Part shown: piece by piece, positions 36,369 to 45,200 of the stretch | Numbering within the stretch: the first letter of the stretch is position 1 | Layout: each line of letters starts with the position of its first letter | Assembly: GCA_046734515.1 (NCBI GenBank) | Contig: JBKPRI010000189.1 | Coordinates: forward strand, 1 to 50,670 | DNA from: Candidatus Methylomirabilota bacterium | GTDB lineage: Bacteria > Methylomirabilota > Methylomirabilia > Rokubacteriales > CSP1-6 | DNA: 50,670 bases | Reading direction: 5' to 3' | Program-made: the position numbers and the translations under genes | The notes under the pieces: model-generated | Told to the model about the DNA's origin: nothing | Seen by the model: only the letters and a program-made list of their open reading frames with translations | The model's database searches: none

Positions 36369-36941
36369 CTACGGCGCGGGGCGAGCGGAGCGCAGCAGGT
36401 CGAGCGCGGCGGCGTGATCGGCGCCGGGCACGCTGTTGGACAGGAAGATGAAATTCACGGCCACGTTGCCGACGACGAGCGCGCCCTGCGTCATGTAGTG
36501 GTAGTCCTCGGAGCCCGGCTTCCACGTCTTGTCCGTGACGCTGAAGTAGTAGCCGGCGCGCGACGGCCCGCCCAGGTCCTGGATCGGGACTTGCGGGTTG
36601 TCGGCCCGCTCCTTGATCTCCGGCGAGCCGGCCATTCTCTCGACGGCGGCACGGACGCGCTCCGGTGACGGCGACCCGGCGCCGGCGGGAATCGCCACCG
36701 GCGCCACCGTCATCGCGAAGTCATGACCGGGCGCCGTGACCTGCACCGTCGGCGGTGAGCTCGCACCGCCGCCCTGCACGTCGGCAACCCAGCCGTCGGG
36801 CAACTGGATCTCGAGCGCGCCATCATTGGCGACCGGAATGCGCCTTGACTGTGCCGCCTGGGCGCCCGGGAGCGTGACGAGAAGGACGGCGACACTGACC
36901 AGCAGCGGTATCACCCGCGAGCGCGATGGCGTCAGGCTCAT
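36369..36941 (-). CDS. hypothetical secreted protein
   Basis: This is the last 190 codons of track ORF 36369..37505: MSLTPSRSRVIPLLVSVAVLLVTLPGAQAAQ.. (signal peptide). I recognise no family. TATAGT lies 6 nt upstream of the ATG with no SD. Confidence 0.55.
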   Translation of the reverse strand: MSLTPSRSRVIPLLVSVAVLLVTLPGAQAAQSRRIPVANDGALEIQLPDGWVADVQGGGASSPPTVQVTAPGHDFAMTVAPVAIPAGAGSPSPERVRAAVERMAGSPEIKERADNPQVPIQDLGGPSRAGYYFSVTDKTWKPGSEDYHYMTQGALVVGNVAVNFIFLSNSVPGADHAAALDLLRSARPAP

Positions 36942-36947
36942 GTCCGG

Positions 36948-36953
36948 ACTATA
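36948..36953 (-). promoter_or_regulatory. candidate -10 box TATAGT 6 nt upstream of ATG 36941 (leaderless-type)
   Basis: The minus strand reads gcgcTATAGTccggacATG. No SD lies between box and start. Confidence 0.35.
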
Positions 36954-37007
36954 GCGCTCCGGGCAAGCGCAAACTGGCAGTAGAATGGCCGCCCAGGAGG
37001 CCACGAG

Positions 37008-39311
37008 ATGGCTGATCGGCCGCATCCGTCCTCGATCGCCGGCGGGCCGTACGACGGCACCACGTTCTCGTACATCCCCGGCCCGACGCTCAGCATCGAT
37101 CCGAGCCTGACGCTGCACCGCGAGTGGACGGACAAGATCGACCCGATCACCTACGAGGTCATCCGCCACAACCTCTGGAACATCAACGAAGAGCTGGGGA
37201 TGACCATCCAGCGCATCTCCGGCTCGCCGGTGGCCATGTACGCGTTCGATCTGAACTCCTCGATCTTCACCGAGGACGGCGAGTTCATCTACTACGGCCC
37301 CTACCAGCTCTACATGTCGGGCGTCTCCGACGTGCAGGTGAAGTGGACGCTCGAGCACCGGAGCAAGAATCCCGGGATCCACGAGGACGACATGTTCCTC
37401 AGCAACGATCCCTGGGTGGGCGCCGCCCACCAGATGGACGTGACCCTGCTCACGCCGGTGTTCTGGGAGGGCAAGCTCTTCTGCTGGATCACCAACGTGC
37501 TGCACCAGTACGACGTGGGCGGGATCACGCCGGGCTCGTTCTGCCCCAACGCGCGCGACTCCTTCGACGAGGGCATCCTGATTCCCCCGGTGAAGATCGT
37601 GGAGCGGGGCGAGCTGCGCAAGGACATCGAGGCGGTCTATCTCCGCTCGTCACGGAAGCCATATCTCGTCGCCCTGGACCTGCGCGCGCAGATCGCCGGC
37701 AACAACACGGCCAAGGATCGCATCCTCACGCTGATCCGCCGCTACGGCGCCGACGTGGTCAAGGGCGTCATGCGCAAGATCATCGACAACGCCGAGCAGG
37801 CGTTCCTGGCCAAGCTCGCCAAGGTCCCGGACGGCACGTGGCGCGAGCGCTCGTACGTGGAAGTGGCCTACGTCGGCGACCGCAAGACCTACCAGGTCAT
37901 GCTCACGATGAAGAAGGAGGGCGACAAGCTCATCTTCGACAACGCGGGCACGGCCGACCAGGTCGGCGCCATCAACACGACGTACTCGGGCTGGCGCGGC
38001 TCGCTCATGACCGCGATCAACGAGCTGCTCTGCTGGGACCAGCTCTACGCCATCGGCGGCGCGCTACGGCACATAGAATTTCGGCCAGCGTTGGGTTGTT
38101 TCACTTCAGCGACACATCCAGCATCAGTTTCGACCGCGCCCGTGCAGGCGATGGAGATCTCGCTTTATCCTGCGTACAACACCATCAGCAAGATGCTGTC
38201 GTGCGATCCCGAGCTGAAGAAGGACGTGATGACCATCGGCGGGACGTCGCAGTTCCCGCTCACGGTTTTCCGCGGCATCGACCAGTGGGGCGAGAAGTTC
38301 GGCTACCTCCTGCTCGACCCCATGGTGGGTGCCATCGGCGCGTTCAGCTTCAAGGACGGCATCGCCACCGGCGGCCAGGTGCGCAGCCCCATCTGCCGCA
38401 TCGGCAACGTGGAGCACAACGAGCAGTCGTTCCCACTCCTGATCCTCTACCGCAAGGAAAACACCGACTCCGGCGGCGCCGGCAAGTTCCGCGGCGGCAA
38501 CTCTGCGTCGGTGTCGTTCATCCCCCACGGGACCACGCACATCACTCAGGACACCGAATCATCGGGCGCCGCCATCCCGACGGCGCCCGGCCTGGCCGGT
38601 GGCTATCCGGCCACGACGAACTACTACCAGTTCAAGCGCAACAGCGACATCCTGCAGCGCCACGCGCAGCGCCGGATGATCGGCGACATCGCGGAGGCGC
38701 AGGGCCAAGACGAGCTGCTGCAGCTGCGGCAGATCGATATCCATCAAGGGCCGGCGGATGTCTATGAAGTCGCGTTCGCCGCGGGTGCGGGCTACGGCGA
38801 TCCGATCGAGCGCGATCCAGAGTCCGTGCGCAAGGACGTCTACCTCGAGGACATCTCGCTGAACGCCGCGCGCGAGATCTTCAAGGTGGCGCTGACGGGG
38901 TCCGACGAGTCGCTGCACGTGGATGTGGAGGCGACGGCGGCGCTACGGCGCCAGGCTCTGACCGAACGGCTGGGGCGCGAACCGCGGCCGTACTCCGGGC
39001 CACGGCTACGCGTCGTGCGCACGATCACCGAGTATCTGGACCTCGTCGAGCGCGACGGCGCTCCGTGGCTCGGCTGCTCGCGCTGCGGCCAGCCGCTCGG
39101 GCCGGCGCGGGACAACTACAAGGATCACTGCCATCGGCTCGATCGTCCGATCCAGGCGGCGAGCACCCTCATCGGCGACCCCGAGCGCTTCATCGAGGAC
39201 GCCGTCCAGTTCCGCCAGTTCTGCTGTCCGGCGTGCGGTGGGTTGATCGAAAATGAGGTGTGCCGCGCGCAGGATGCCGTACTCCGGGACATCGAGCTGG
39301 CAGGCGAGTAA
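37008..39311 (+). CDS. hydantoinase B/oxoprolinase family subunit (HyuB / acetone carboxylase alpha-like) fused to a C-terminal acetone-carboxylase-gamma-like Cys4 zinc domain
   Basis: 767 aa. The HyuB core runs from DPITYEVIRHNLWNINEE to ..GGAGKFRGGNS..GAGYGDPIERD. The last roughly 120 aa carry CSRCG...NYK...FRQFCCPACGGLIENEV, resembling the gamma-subunit zinc motif. TAGAAT (36981-36986) and AGGAGG lie upstream. Confidence 0.85.
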   Translation: MADRPHPSSIAGGPYDGTTFSYIPGPTLSIDPSLTLHREWTDKIDPITYEVIRHNLWNINEELGMTIQRISGSPVAMYAFDLNSSIFTEDGEFIYYGPYQLYMSGVSDVQVKWTLEHRSKNPGIHEDDMFLSNDPWVGAAHQMDVTLLTPVFWEGKLFCWITNVLHQYDVGGITPGSFCPNARDSFDEGILIPPVKIVERGELRKDIEAVYLRSSRKPYLVALDLRAQIAGNNTAKDRILTLIRRYGADVVKGVMRKIIDNAEQAFLAKLAKVPDGTWRERSYVEVAYVGDRKTYQVMLTMKKEGDKLIFDNAGTADQVGAINTTYSGWRGSLMTAINELLCWDQLYAIGGALRHIEFRPALGCFTSATHPASVSTAPVQAMEISLYPAYNTISKMLSCDPELKKDVMTIGGTSQFPLTVFRGIDQWGEKFGYLLLDPMVGAIGAFSFKDGIATGGQVRSPICRIGNVEHNEQSFPLLILYRKENTDSGGAGKFRGGNSASVSFIPHGTTHITQDTESSGAAIPTAPGLAGGYPATTNYYQFKRNSDILQRHAQRRMIGDIAEAQGQDELLQLRQIDIHQGPADVYEVAFAAGAGYGDPIERDPESVRKDVYLEDISLNAAREIFKVALTGSDESLHVDVEATAALRRQALTERLGREPRPYSGPRLRVVRTITEYLDLVERDGAPWLGCSRCGQPLGPARDNYKDHCHRLDRPIQAASTLIGDPERFIEDAVQFRQFCCPACGGLIENEVCRAQDAVLRDIELAGE

Positions 39312-39483
39312 CTACTCCTTCCTCGTCGCCCCCCATCGAGTCGGTCGGACCCTGGCGTCATTGTGAGCCAGGCGTCCCGGCCGGGCCATTCGCGTAGGAC
39401 CTTAGGGTCGGACCATTGACAGCAAGGTGATACCGGCTGAGCATCGCCTCCGTTAGAATCGTTAAACGCGATAGGAGGCATCG

Positions 39484-41160
39484 ATGCGGACACGCGCGGC
39501 GATCACGGTCGCGACTCTCGCTCTCGTTCTCGTGTGCGCGAGCTTGGCACAGGCGAGCGTCGTGAGCGACTGGAACGCTGCCGCCCTCGGCGAGGTCCGC
39601 CTGAGCCGCGCGCTGCGGAACGGGCCGCCGATCGTCGCGCGGGCGCTTGCCATCGCCCACACGTGCATGTATGACGCGTGGGCCGCGTACGACGATGTCG
39701 CCGTCGGCACCACCGACATCGAGGGCCAGCGGCGACGACCTGCCGAGGAGCGGACCGACGAGAACAAGGCGAAGGCCGTCAGCTTTGCCGCGTACCGCTG
39801 CCTTGGAAACCTGTACCCTGACGGCTCGCTGCCGCCACCGCTCCTGCAGCCCAGCGTGCGGTTGAACGCGAGGCTGGTGAGCCTGGGCTACCGCCTCGAC
39901 GAGACCTGCCCCACAGACGAGGAATGCCGGGCCGCTGATCCCGGGACCCCCGCCGGCATCGGCAACCTCGCCGCCCAGGCGGTCATCGATGCCCGCCGCC
40001 ACGACGGCTCGAACCAGTACGGCGACCTCCCACCCGCCCCGTGTCCGGTGTTCACGCCGTGGCCGCATCCCTGCGCGGCGGCCGCCTATGGACAGACGTC
40101 CCTGAATCCCGGCCGGACCGGCGCGTATGCCGACTACGTGGTGGACGGCTATACGCCGTACGTGCCGAGCAATCCCCTGATGGGGTACTGCAATCCCCTG
40201 GTCGGCGTCTGCGAACGGCAGGACATCGTCGACCCGAACCACTGGCAGCCGCTGATCTTCGTCAATGGCCAGGCGTGCCTGGACGCCGACATCGGGACCG
40301 AGGAAACGTGTCCGGGCATCCAGTCCTTCATCGCCCCACACTGGGAACGGGTCACACCCTTCGCACTGACGTCGGCCAGCCAGTTCGACGACCTGGCGAC
40401 GATCCCGCCGCCGGACTACCTGAAGAACTCCGGTCGGTATAAGGACGACGTCAGCGACATGATCCAGTTCAGCCGCAGCCTGACCCTCGAGCGCAAGCTG
40501 ATCGTCGAGTACTGGGCGGACGGGCCGTCGTCCGAGCTGCCGCCGGGGCACTGGGGCGTGTTTGCTCAGTTCGTCTCGCAGCGTGACAGCCACACGATCG
40601 ATCAGGACGCCAAGATGTTCTTCGCGATGCACAACGCCTCGTTCGACGCCGGCATCGTGGCGTGGCACATCAAGCGGAAATACAACGGGGTGCGTCCGAT
40701 CACGGCCGTGCGCTTCTCGAAGCAGGGACAGACGATCATGGCGTGGGGCGGCCCGGGGAGGCCGGTCGAGCAGATCCCCGGCGAGAAGTGGTCGCCGTAC
40801 AATCCGGGAACCAACCTGACGCCGCCGTTTCCCGGCTACTTCTCCGGTCACTCCGTGTTCTCGCGGTCGAGCGCCACCGTGCTGGCCCTGTTCACGGGCG
40901 ACGATTACTTCGGCTTCTCGGTCGTCCTCCCCGCGAATTTCGGTCGTGTGGAGCCGGGCGTCCCGCTCGTGCCCACCGCGCTGTCCTACGAGACGTTCAG
41001 CGACGCAGCGGACGAGGCGGGGCTGTCACGGCTCTATGGCGGGATCCACTTCCCCGACGACAACACGACTGCTCAGCAGGTCGGCCGCCTCATCGGCGTC
41101 CAGGCGTGGTCCAGGGCACTGGACTACTTCAACGGGACGGCGTCGCCAGCACCTCGCTGA
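39484..41160 (+). CDS. secreted vanadium-dependent haloperoxidase-like / PAP2-superfamily protein
   Basis: 558 aa with signal peptide MRTRAAITVATLALVLVCASLAQA. The N-domain is ..SDWNAAAL..PP..ARALAI.H..MYDAW. PAP2 motifs are KRKYNGVRP, FSGHS and SRLYGGIHFPDD. AGGAGG lies 5 nt upstream of the ATG, preceded by TAGAAT. Confidence 0.8.
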   Translation: MRTRAAITVATLALVLVCASLAQASVVSDWNAAALGEVRLSRALRNGPPIVARALAIAHTCMYDAWAAYDDVAVGTTDIEGQRRRPAEERTDENKAKAVSFAAYRCLGNLYPDGSLPPPLLQPSVRLNARLVSLGYRLDETCPTDEECRAADPGTPAGIGNLAAQAVIDARRHDGSNQYGDLPPAPCPVFTPWPHPCAAAAYGQTSLNPGRTGAYADYVVDGYTPYVPSNPLMGYCNPLVGVCERQDIVDPNHWQPLIFVNGQACLDADIGTEETCPGIQSFIAPHWERVTPFALTSASQFDDLATIPPPDYLKNSGRYKDDVSDMIQFSRSLTLERKLIVEYWADGPSSELPPGHWGVFAQFVSQRDSHTIDQDAKMFFAMHNASFDAGIVAWHIKRKYNGVRPITAVRFSKQGQTIMAWGGPGRPVEQIPGEKWSPYNPGTNLTPPFPGYFSGHSVFSRSSATVLALFTGDDYFGFSVVLPANFGRVEPGVPLVPTALSYETFSDAADEAGLSRLYGGIHFPDDNTTAQQVGRLIGVQAWSRALDYFNGTASPAPR

Positions 41161-43630
41161 CCACGCGTCCCACGTCGTCCATCGTGAAGGGCTTGAGCAG
41201 GAAGGGCCGCCGGGCCTCTTCGAGGAAGCCCTGGGTCTCGCCGCTCATGATGTCCCCGGTCATGAACACCACGCGGTCGGCAAGCCGGGAATCGCTTGAC
41301 AGGGCGCGCTCCCATACCACCTGGCCATCCACGTCCGGGAGCCGCAGGTCGAGCATCACCAGGTCCCAGGTGCGCTCGCGCAGCCGGCTCAACGCCTCGT
41401 AGCCCGTCGTGGCGCCGACCACGCGGTGCCCGAGACCGTGGAGGACCTCGGTCAACGCCTCCCGCAGCGGCTCCTCGTCCTCGACCACCAGCACGTCGCC
41501 GCTCGCCATCGCCGCCACGCGCGGCGGCGGCGGCGCCGGCGCCGTGGCCTCGGCGTGCTCGCCGACGGGCAGGGACACGATGAAGCGAGCCCCGGCGTCC
41601 GGCAGGTTCTCGGCATGCAGGCGCCCACCGTGGGACTCGACGATGCCGATGGCCAGGCTCAGGCCGAGCCCGGTGCCGGCGCCCGTGGCCTTGGTGGTGA
41701 AGAACGGATCGAAGATTCGCCCCAGGTGCTCCGGGGGGATGCCGGGCCCATCGTCCTCGATCGTCACCAGGACCTCGGAGCCGCGCTGCGCGGAGGTGAC
41801 GGTCAGGACGCCGTGGCGCCGGGTCATCTTCATGGCGTGGATGGCATTGCTGAACAGGTTCAGAAACACCTGCTGGAGCTGATGCGGGTCGGCCCAGATC
41901 TCCGCGATCGGCGTCAGGCCCGTGACGACCCGGATCTTGTTGAGCTCGAGCTGCGACGTCTGCAGATTCAGCGTCGACTGGACGACCTGGTTCAGGTCGA
42001 CTCGCCGCCGCTCGGGAGGCTGTCGGCGCGCGAACGCGAGCAGGTCGCGGATGATCCGTGACGCCCGCACGCAGGCGGTTTCCATGACCTCCATGCGCCG
42101 GGTCAGCGCGTCGTTCATGGGCACGGTGCGCCGGACGAGCTGAATCGAGAGACGGATCGTCGACAGTGGATTGTTGAGCTCGTGCGCCACGCCCGAGAGC
42201 ATCGTGCCGAGCGCCTTGAGCTTGTCGGCCTGCATGAGCTGCGCCTGCGTTTCCTGAAGGCGCTGCAGGTTGTTCCGGAGCTCGGCGTGGACGCGGACCT
42301 TGTCGAGCGCGACGGCGACGTGATGGGCGAGGCTCGTGAGCGCGCGCCGGTCCTCGTCCGCGAAACGGCGGGGCGCCCGGTTGGCGGACACCAGCACACC
42401 GACCGGTCGCTCCTGACGGCCGAGGGGCGCCATGAGCAGCGCGCGCATACCGAGCGTGTCGAGCTCACGGTAATGCCGTGTGACGTCCTCGATCTCCAGC
42501 GTCTCCTTGGTATCGAGCGCGGCTCGCAGGAAGAGATCGATGCCGGCGCCCTCCTCCGTGACGTCGCTCCGCCAGTGCATCGCGGCGGCCAGCCGTAGAC
42601 GACCGCCCGCGCCGGCCAGGAACAACGCGACGCCATCGGCCTGCAGGAGGCGCCGGGTCGTCTCGACGGCGTCGTCGAGGATGTCCTGCTCGGTCGCCGC
42701 TTCCAGCGAGCGCCGGCCGTATCCCTGCAGGGCGGCATCGTGCCCGAGCGTGGTCACGAGCGCCTGGCTGGCCTCGTGCAGCCGCTCCAGGTCGCGCACG
42801 CGGCTGCGCGCCTCGCGATACAGCCACACCTGCTCGCGCAGCAGCGCGACGAAGATCACGCCGACCCCGAATGGGCGCGCAAGGCCGGCCAGGTACCAGC
42901 TCACACCGTACCGGTAGGGATAGAGCAGGAACCCGACAAGGCCGAGGACCCAGACGACCGCGGCCAGCGCGAGGAGGTTCACGAAACCCTGCGGCATCCG
43001 CGCCTGGCGCAGCTGACGCTGCCAGGCCCACAGCGCCCACACCGCCGCGAGTCCATTGAGGACGCCTGCGGTCCACACGGCAAACGGCGTGAGTCGCCCC
43101 GGAGACATCACGACAGCCGGCAGGAGGGGACCCGCGATGCGCACCAGGACCACGATGACGACGCTGAGCGCGATGCAACCCGCGATCACCAGCGTGCGCC
43201 CGCGGTCGGTGAGCGGGAGCTGGCGATAGGCGTAGTGCGTGCCGAGGGCGACGCCGGTCAGCGCGGCCAGATAGCTCGCGAAGAAGAGATACGGGGCGAT
43301 CCCCGGGTTCACCCCCTCGGAGAACGGGTAATCGGGCTGCGTGAGGATGTGGCCGATCGCCAGGAGCGCGGCCAGGAAGAGCGCGGTCCCGATCGCCGCC
43401 GACTGGAAGTCCTGGCGGGTCCGATGGCGCTCCCGGCAGAGATAGGCAATACCGGTGGCCACCAGGACGAATGGGATGTCGAAGAGGGGAACGGCATACG
43501 GAATCGGGAACCGGTAGGGCGCCAGGAGAGACGTGAACAGCAGGAGCGCCTCGTACCCGAGCCCCGCCATCGCGACGAGCACGAGCAGGAGCGGCACGCG
43601 CTGGCCGAAGTCCGATCTATCCTTGTTCAT
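41129..43630 (-). CDS. hybrid sensor histidine kinase/response regulator (polytopic membrane sensor, GAF-like, HisKA, HATPase, REC)
   Basis: Track ORF 41129..43870 trimmed to MNKDRSDFGQRVPLLLVLVAMAG... About 8-10 hydrophobic helices are present. Kinase boxes are the H-box SGVAHELNNPLS, the N-box LFSNAIHAM, G-box 1 EDDGPGI and G-box 2 GTGLGLS. The receiver has VLVVEDEE, MLDLRLPDVDG and LLKPF. Confidence 0.88.
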   Translation of the reverse strand: MNKDRSDFGQRVPLLLVLVAMAGLGYEALLLFTSLLAPYRFPIPYAVPLFDIPFVLVATGIAYLCRERHRTRQDFQSAAIGTALFLAALLAIGHILTQPDYPFSEGVNPGIAPYLFFASYLAALTGVALGTHYAYRQLPLTDRGRTLVIAGCIALSVVIVVLVRIAGPLLPAVVMSPGRLTPFAVWTAGVLNGLAAVWALWAWQRQLRQARMPQGFVNLLALAAVVWVLGLVGFLLYPYRYGVSWYLAGLARPFGVGVIFVALLREQVWLYREARSRVRDLERLHEASQALVTTLGHDAALQGYGRRSLEAATEQDILDDAVETTRRLLQADGVALFLAGAGGRLRLAAAMHWRSDVTEEGAGIDLFLRAALDTKETLEIEDVTRHYRELDTLGMRALLMAPLGRQERPVGVLVSANRAPRRFADEDRRALTSLAHHVAVALDKVRVHAELRNNLQRLQETQAQLMQADKLKALGTMLSGVAHELNNPLSTIRLSIQLVRRTVPMNDALTRRMEVMETACVRASRIIRDLLAFARRQPPERRRVDLNQVVQSTLNLQTSQLELNKIRVVTGLTPIAEIWADPHQLQQVFLNLFSNAIHAMKMTRRHGVLTVTSAQRGSEVLVTIEDDGPGIPPEHLGRIFDPFFTTKATGAGTGLGLSLAIGIVESHGGRLHAENLPDAGARFIVSLPVGEHAEATAPAPPPPRVAAMASGDVLVVEDEEPLREALTEVLHGLGHRVVGATTGYEALSRLRERTWDLVMLDLRLPDVDGQVVWERALSSDSRLADRVVFMTGDIMSGETQGFLEEARRPFLLKPFTMDDVGRVVSEVLATPSR

Positions 43631-43830
43631 GACGCCATTGCACACGGACGGCGGGCGAGCGGCCCACGAGATCGCTCGGTGAGCCACAGCCGCGCGACCC
43701 GCGACCTTCGAGGAATAGCGCCGCTGCGGCAAGCGGTCAAGTCGAAACGACCCCTCAGATCCTGCCAATACCAGCCTGCTCGAATGCCGACGCGGCCCGA
43801 TAGATCGACACGGCGGCTTCTGCGGGCAGC

Positions 43831-43844
43831 GTATGATACCGGCC
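43831..43844 (+). promoter_or_regulatory. GTATGATACCGGCC box (candidate -10 TATGAT) upstream of the beta-helix gene
   Basis: It matches GTAAGATACCGGCC at 31933-31946 at 13 of 14 positions and lies about 76 nt upstream of ATG 43920. Confidence 0.35.
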
Positions 43845-43919
43845 TCATGCCGGTCGGCGTCTGTCCACACGCGGATGCCGCCGAAGCGTGCAGCGCCCTC
43901 TCACGCCGGAGGAACATCG

Positions 43920-45143
43920 ATGATCTCGATCCGTCCTCTCGATCGTGTGCTGTGCCTGCTCGTGGTCCTGATGCTGGCGATCGTGCTCCCGAGCACGGCC
44001 GGCGGTGCCGCCCCCACCAAGGTCGTGACGGTCCGTTGCGATAAGGGCGAGACGATCGGTCACGTCCTCGAGGCGCACGACGGCCCGCTCACGATCCAGG
44101 TCGTGGGGACGTGCGACGAGCACGTCGCCATCGACCGCAACGACGTGGGGTTGATCACCGGAGGTTCCGGCGCCGGCATCCACGGTCCCGACCCCGCCAC
44201 GAATACCGTGATGGTGACCGGCGATCGCTTCGTGCTCGACGGGCTGAGCGTCACCGGAGGGCGCAACGCCGTGGTCGTCTCGGGCGGCGGGCGGGCCCAG
44301 CTGCGCAATTGCCGCGTCCAGGCCGCCGGCAGCGGCATCGTGGGCGGCATCGGCATTCTCTTCTTTCAGGGCGCCAGCGGCACCGTCGATGCCTGCGAGG
44401 CGACCGGCAATCCAGTGGACGGGATGATGATCGATGGGGCGACCGCCATCATCACGAACAGCCGGTTCACGTCCAACGGGCGCAACGGCGTGTTCGTCTT
44501 CGGCGGCAGCACCGCGCGGATCGGCTTGACGAGCGCCTTCGGGCCGGCACCGAACGTCATCAGCGACAACGGGGGCAATGGCATCCACATCACGCAGGGC
44601 GCGGTCGCGTTGGTCTTCGGCAACACCATCTCGGGCAACGGCACGAATCCCGCCAGCCCTGTGGGGCGCTTCGGGGTCATCGTCTTCCAGTCGCGCGCCG
44701 ACCTGGTCGGCCGCAACACGATCACCGGCAACTTCGGCTCGGGCCTCTTCATGATTGCGTCCACGGCCTTCGTCGGCGATCCCGGCTTCGGGCTGCCCTT
44801 CGACAACCTCATTCGAGGCAACTCGACGGCCGCGCCCTCCCAGGGCGTGCTGGTCGGCACCGGATCGACGGTGACCCTGCGCAACGCCACGGTCGACGCC
44901 AACAACGGCGCCGGCGTCGCGCTCAGCGAGCGCTCCACCGCCGTCATCGCCTCCACCACCGTCACCGGGAACACCGCCAACGGCGTGCAGCTGATCCAGG
45001 GCAGCGGGGCGATCTTCCGGCCTTTGCTCCCGCTCTCGGTGCTGACGGGCAATACCGGCTTCGACCTGAAGTGCCTGGACGGCGAGTCGAGCTTCACGGG
45101 GCCGATCGCGCCGGGCGCGACCATCGACTGCACGGGGTTCTAG
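43920..45143 (+). CDS. secreted right-handed parallel beta-helix repeat protein
   Basis: Track ORF 43833..45143 trimmed to MISIRPLDRVLCLLVVLMLAIVLPSTAGG.., with GGAGGA 7 nt upstream. It contains repeated Gly/Asn-rich segments of about 22-25 aa (..GNGI.I......V..N.I..N..) characteristic of pectate-lyase-fold repeats. Confidence 0.75.
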   Translation: MISIRPLDRVLCLLVVLMLAIVLPSTAGGAAPTKVVTVRCDKGETIGHVLEAHDGPLTIQVVGTCDEHVAIDRNDVGLITGGSGAGIHGPDPATNTVMVTGDRFVLDGLSVTGGRNAVVVSGGGRAQLRNCRVQAAGSGIVGGIGILFFQGASGTVDACEATGNPVDGMMIDGATAIITNSRFTSNGRNGVFVFGGSTARIGLTSAFGPAPNVISDNGGNGIHITQGAVALVFGNTISGNGTNPASPVGRFGVIVFQSRADLVGRNTITGNFGSGLFMIASTAFVGDPGFGLPFDNLIRGNSTAAPSQGVLVGTGSTVTLRNATVDANNGAGVALSERSTAVIASTTVTGNTANGVQLIQGSGAIFRPLLPLSVLTGNTGFDLKCLDGESSFTGPIAPGATIDCTGF

Positions 45144-45153
45144 TTCGGAGGAA

Positions 45154-45187
45154 ACCGGCCGCCGCCGGACAGCCGGCGGCGGCCGGT
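45154..45187. terminator. GC-rich hairpin between convergent genes (bidirectional terminator candidate)
   Basis: Perfect 14-bp stem CCGGCCGCCGCCGG / CCGGCGGCGGCCGG (45155-45168 and 45173-45186) with loop ACAG, plus an A-T closing pair. A TTTCC run follows on the minus strand. It lies between the stops at 45143 and 45201. Confidence 0.55.
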
Positions 45188-45200
45188 CTGGCTCGACTGG

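Noticed and set aside
43637-43642. TGCAAT 6 nt upstream of the hybrid kinase ATG, considered as another leaderless-type -10 box.
   Set aside because: Position 2 is G instead of the near-invariant A, so it is too weak to count as support for the leaderless pattern.
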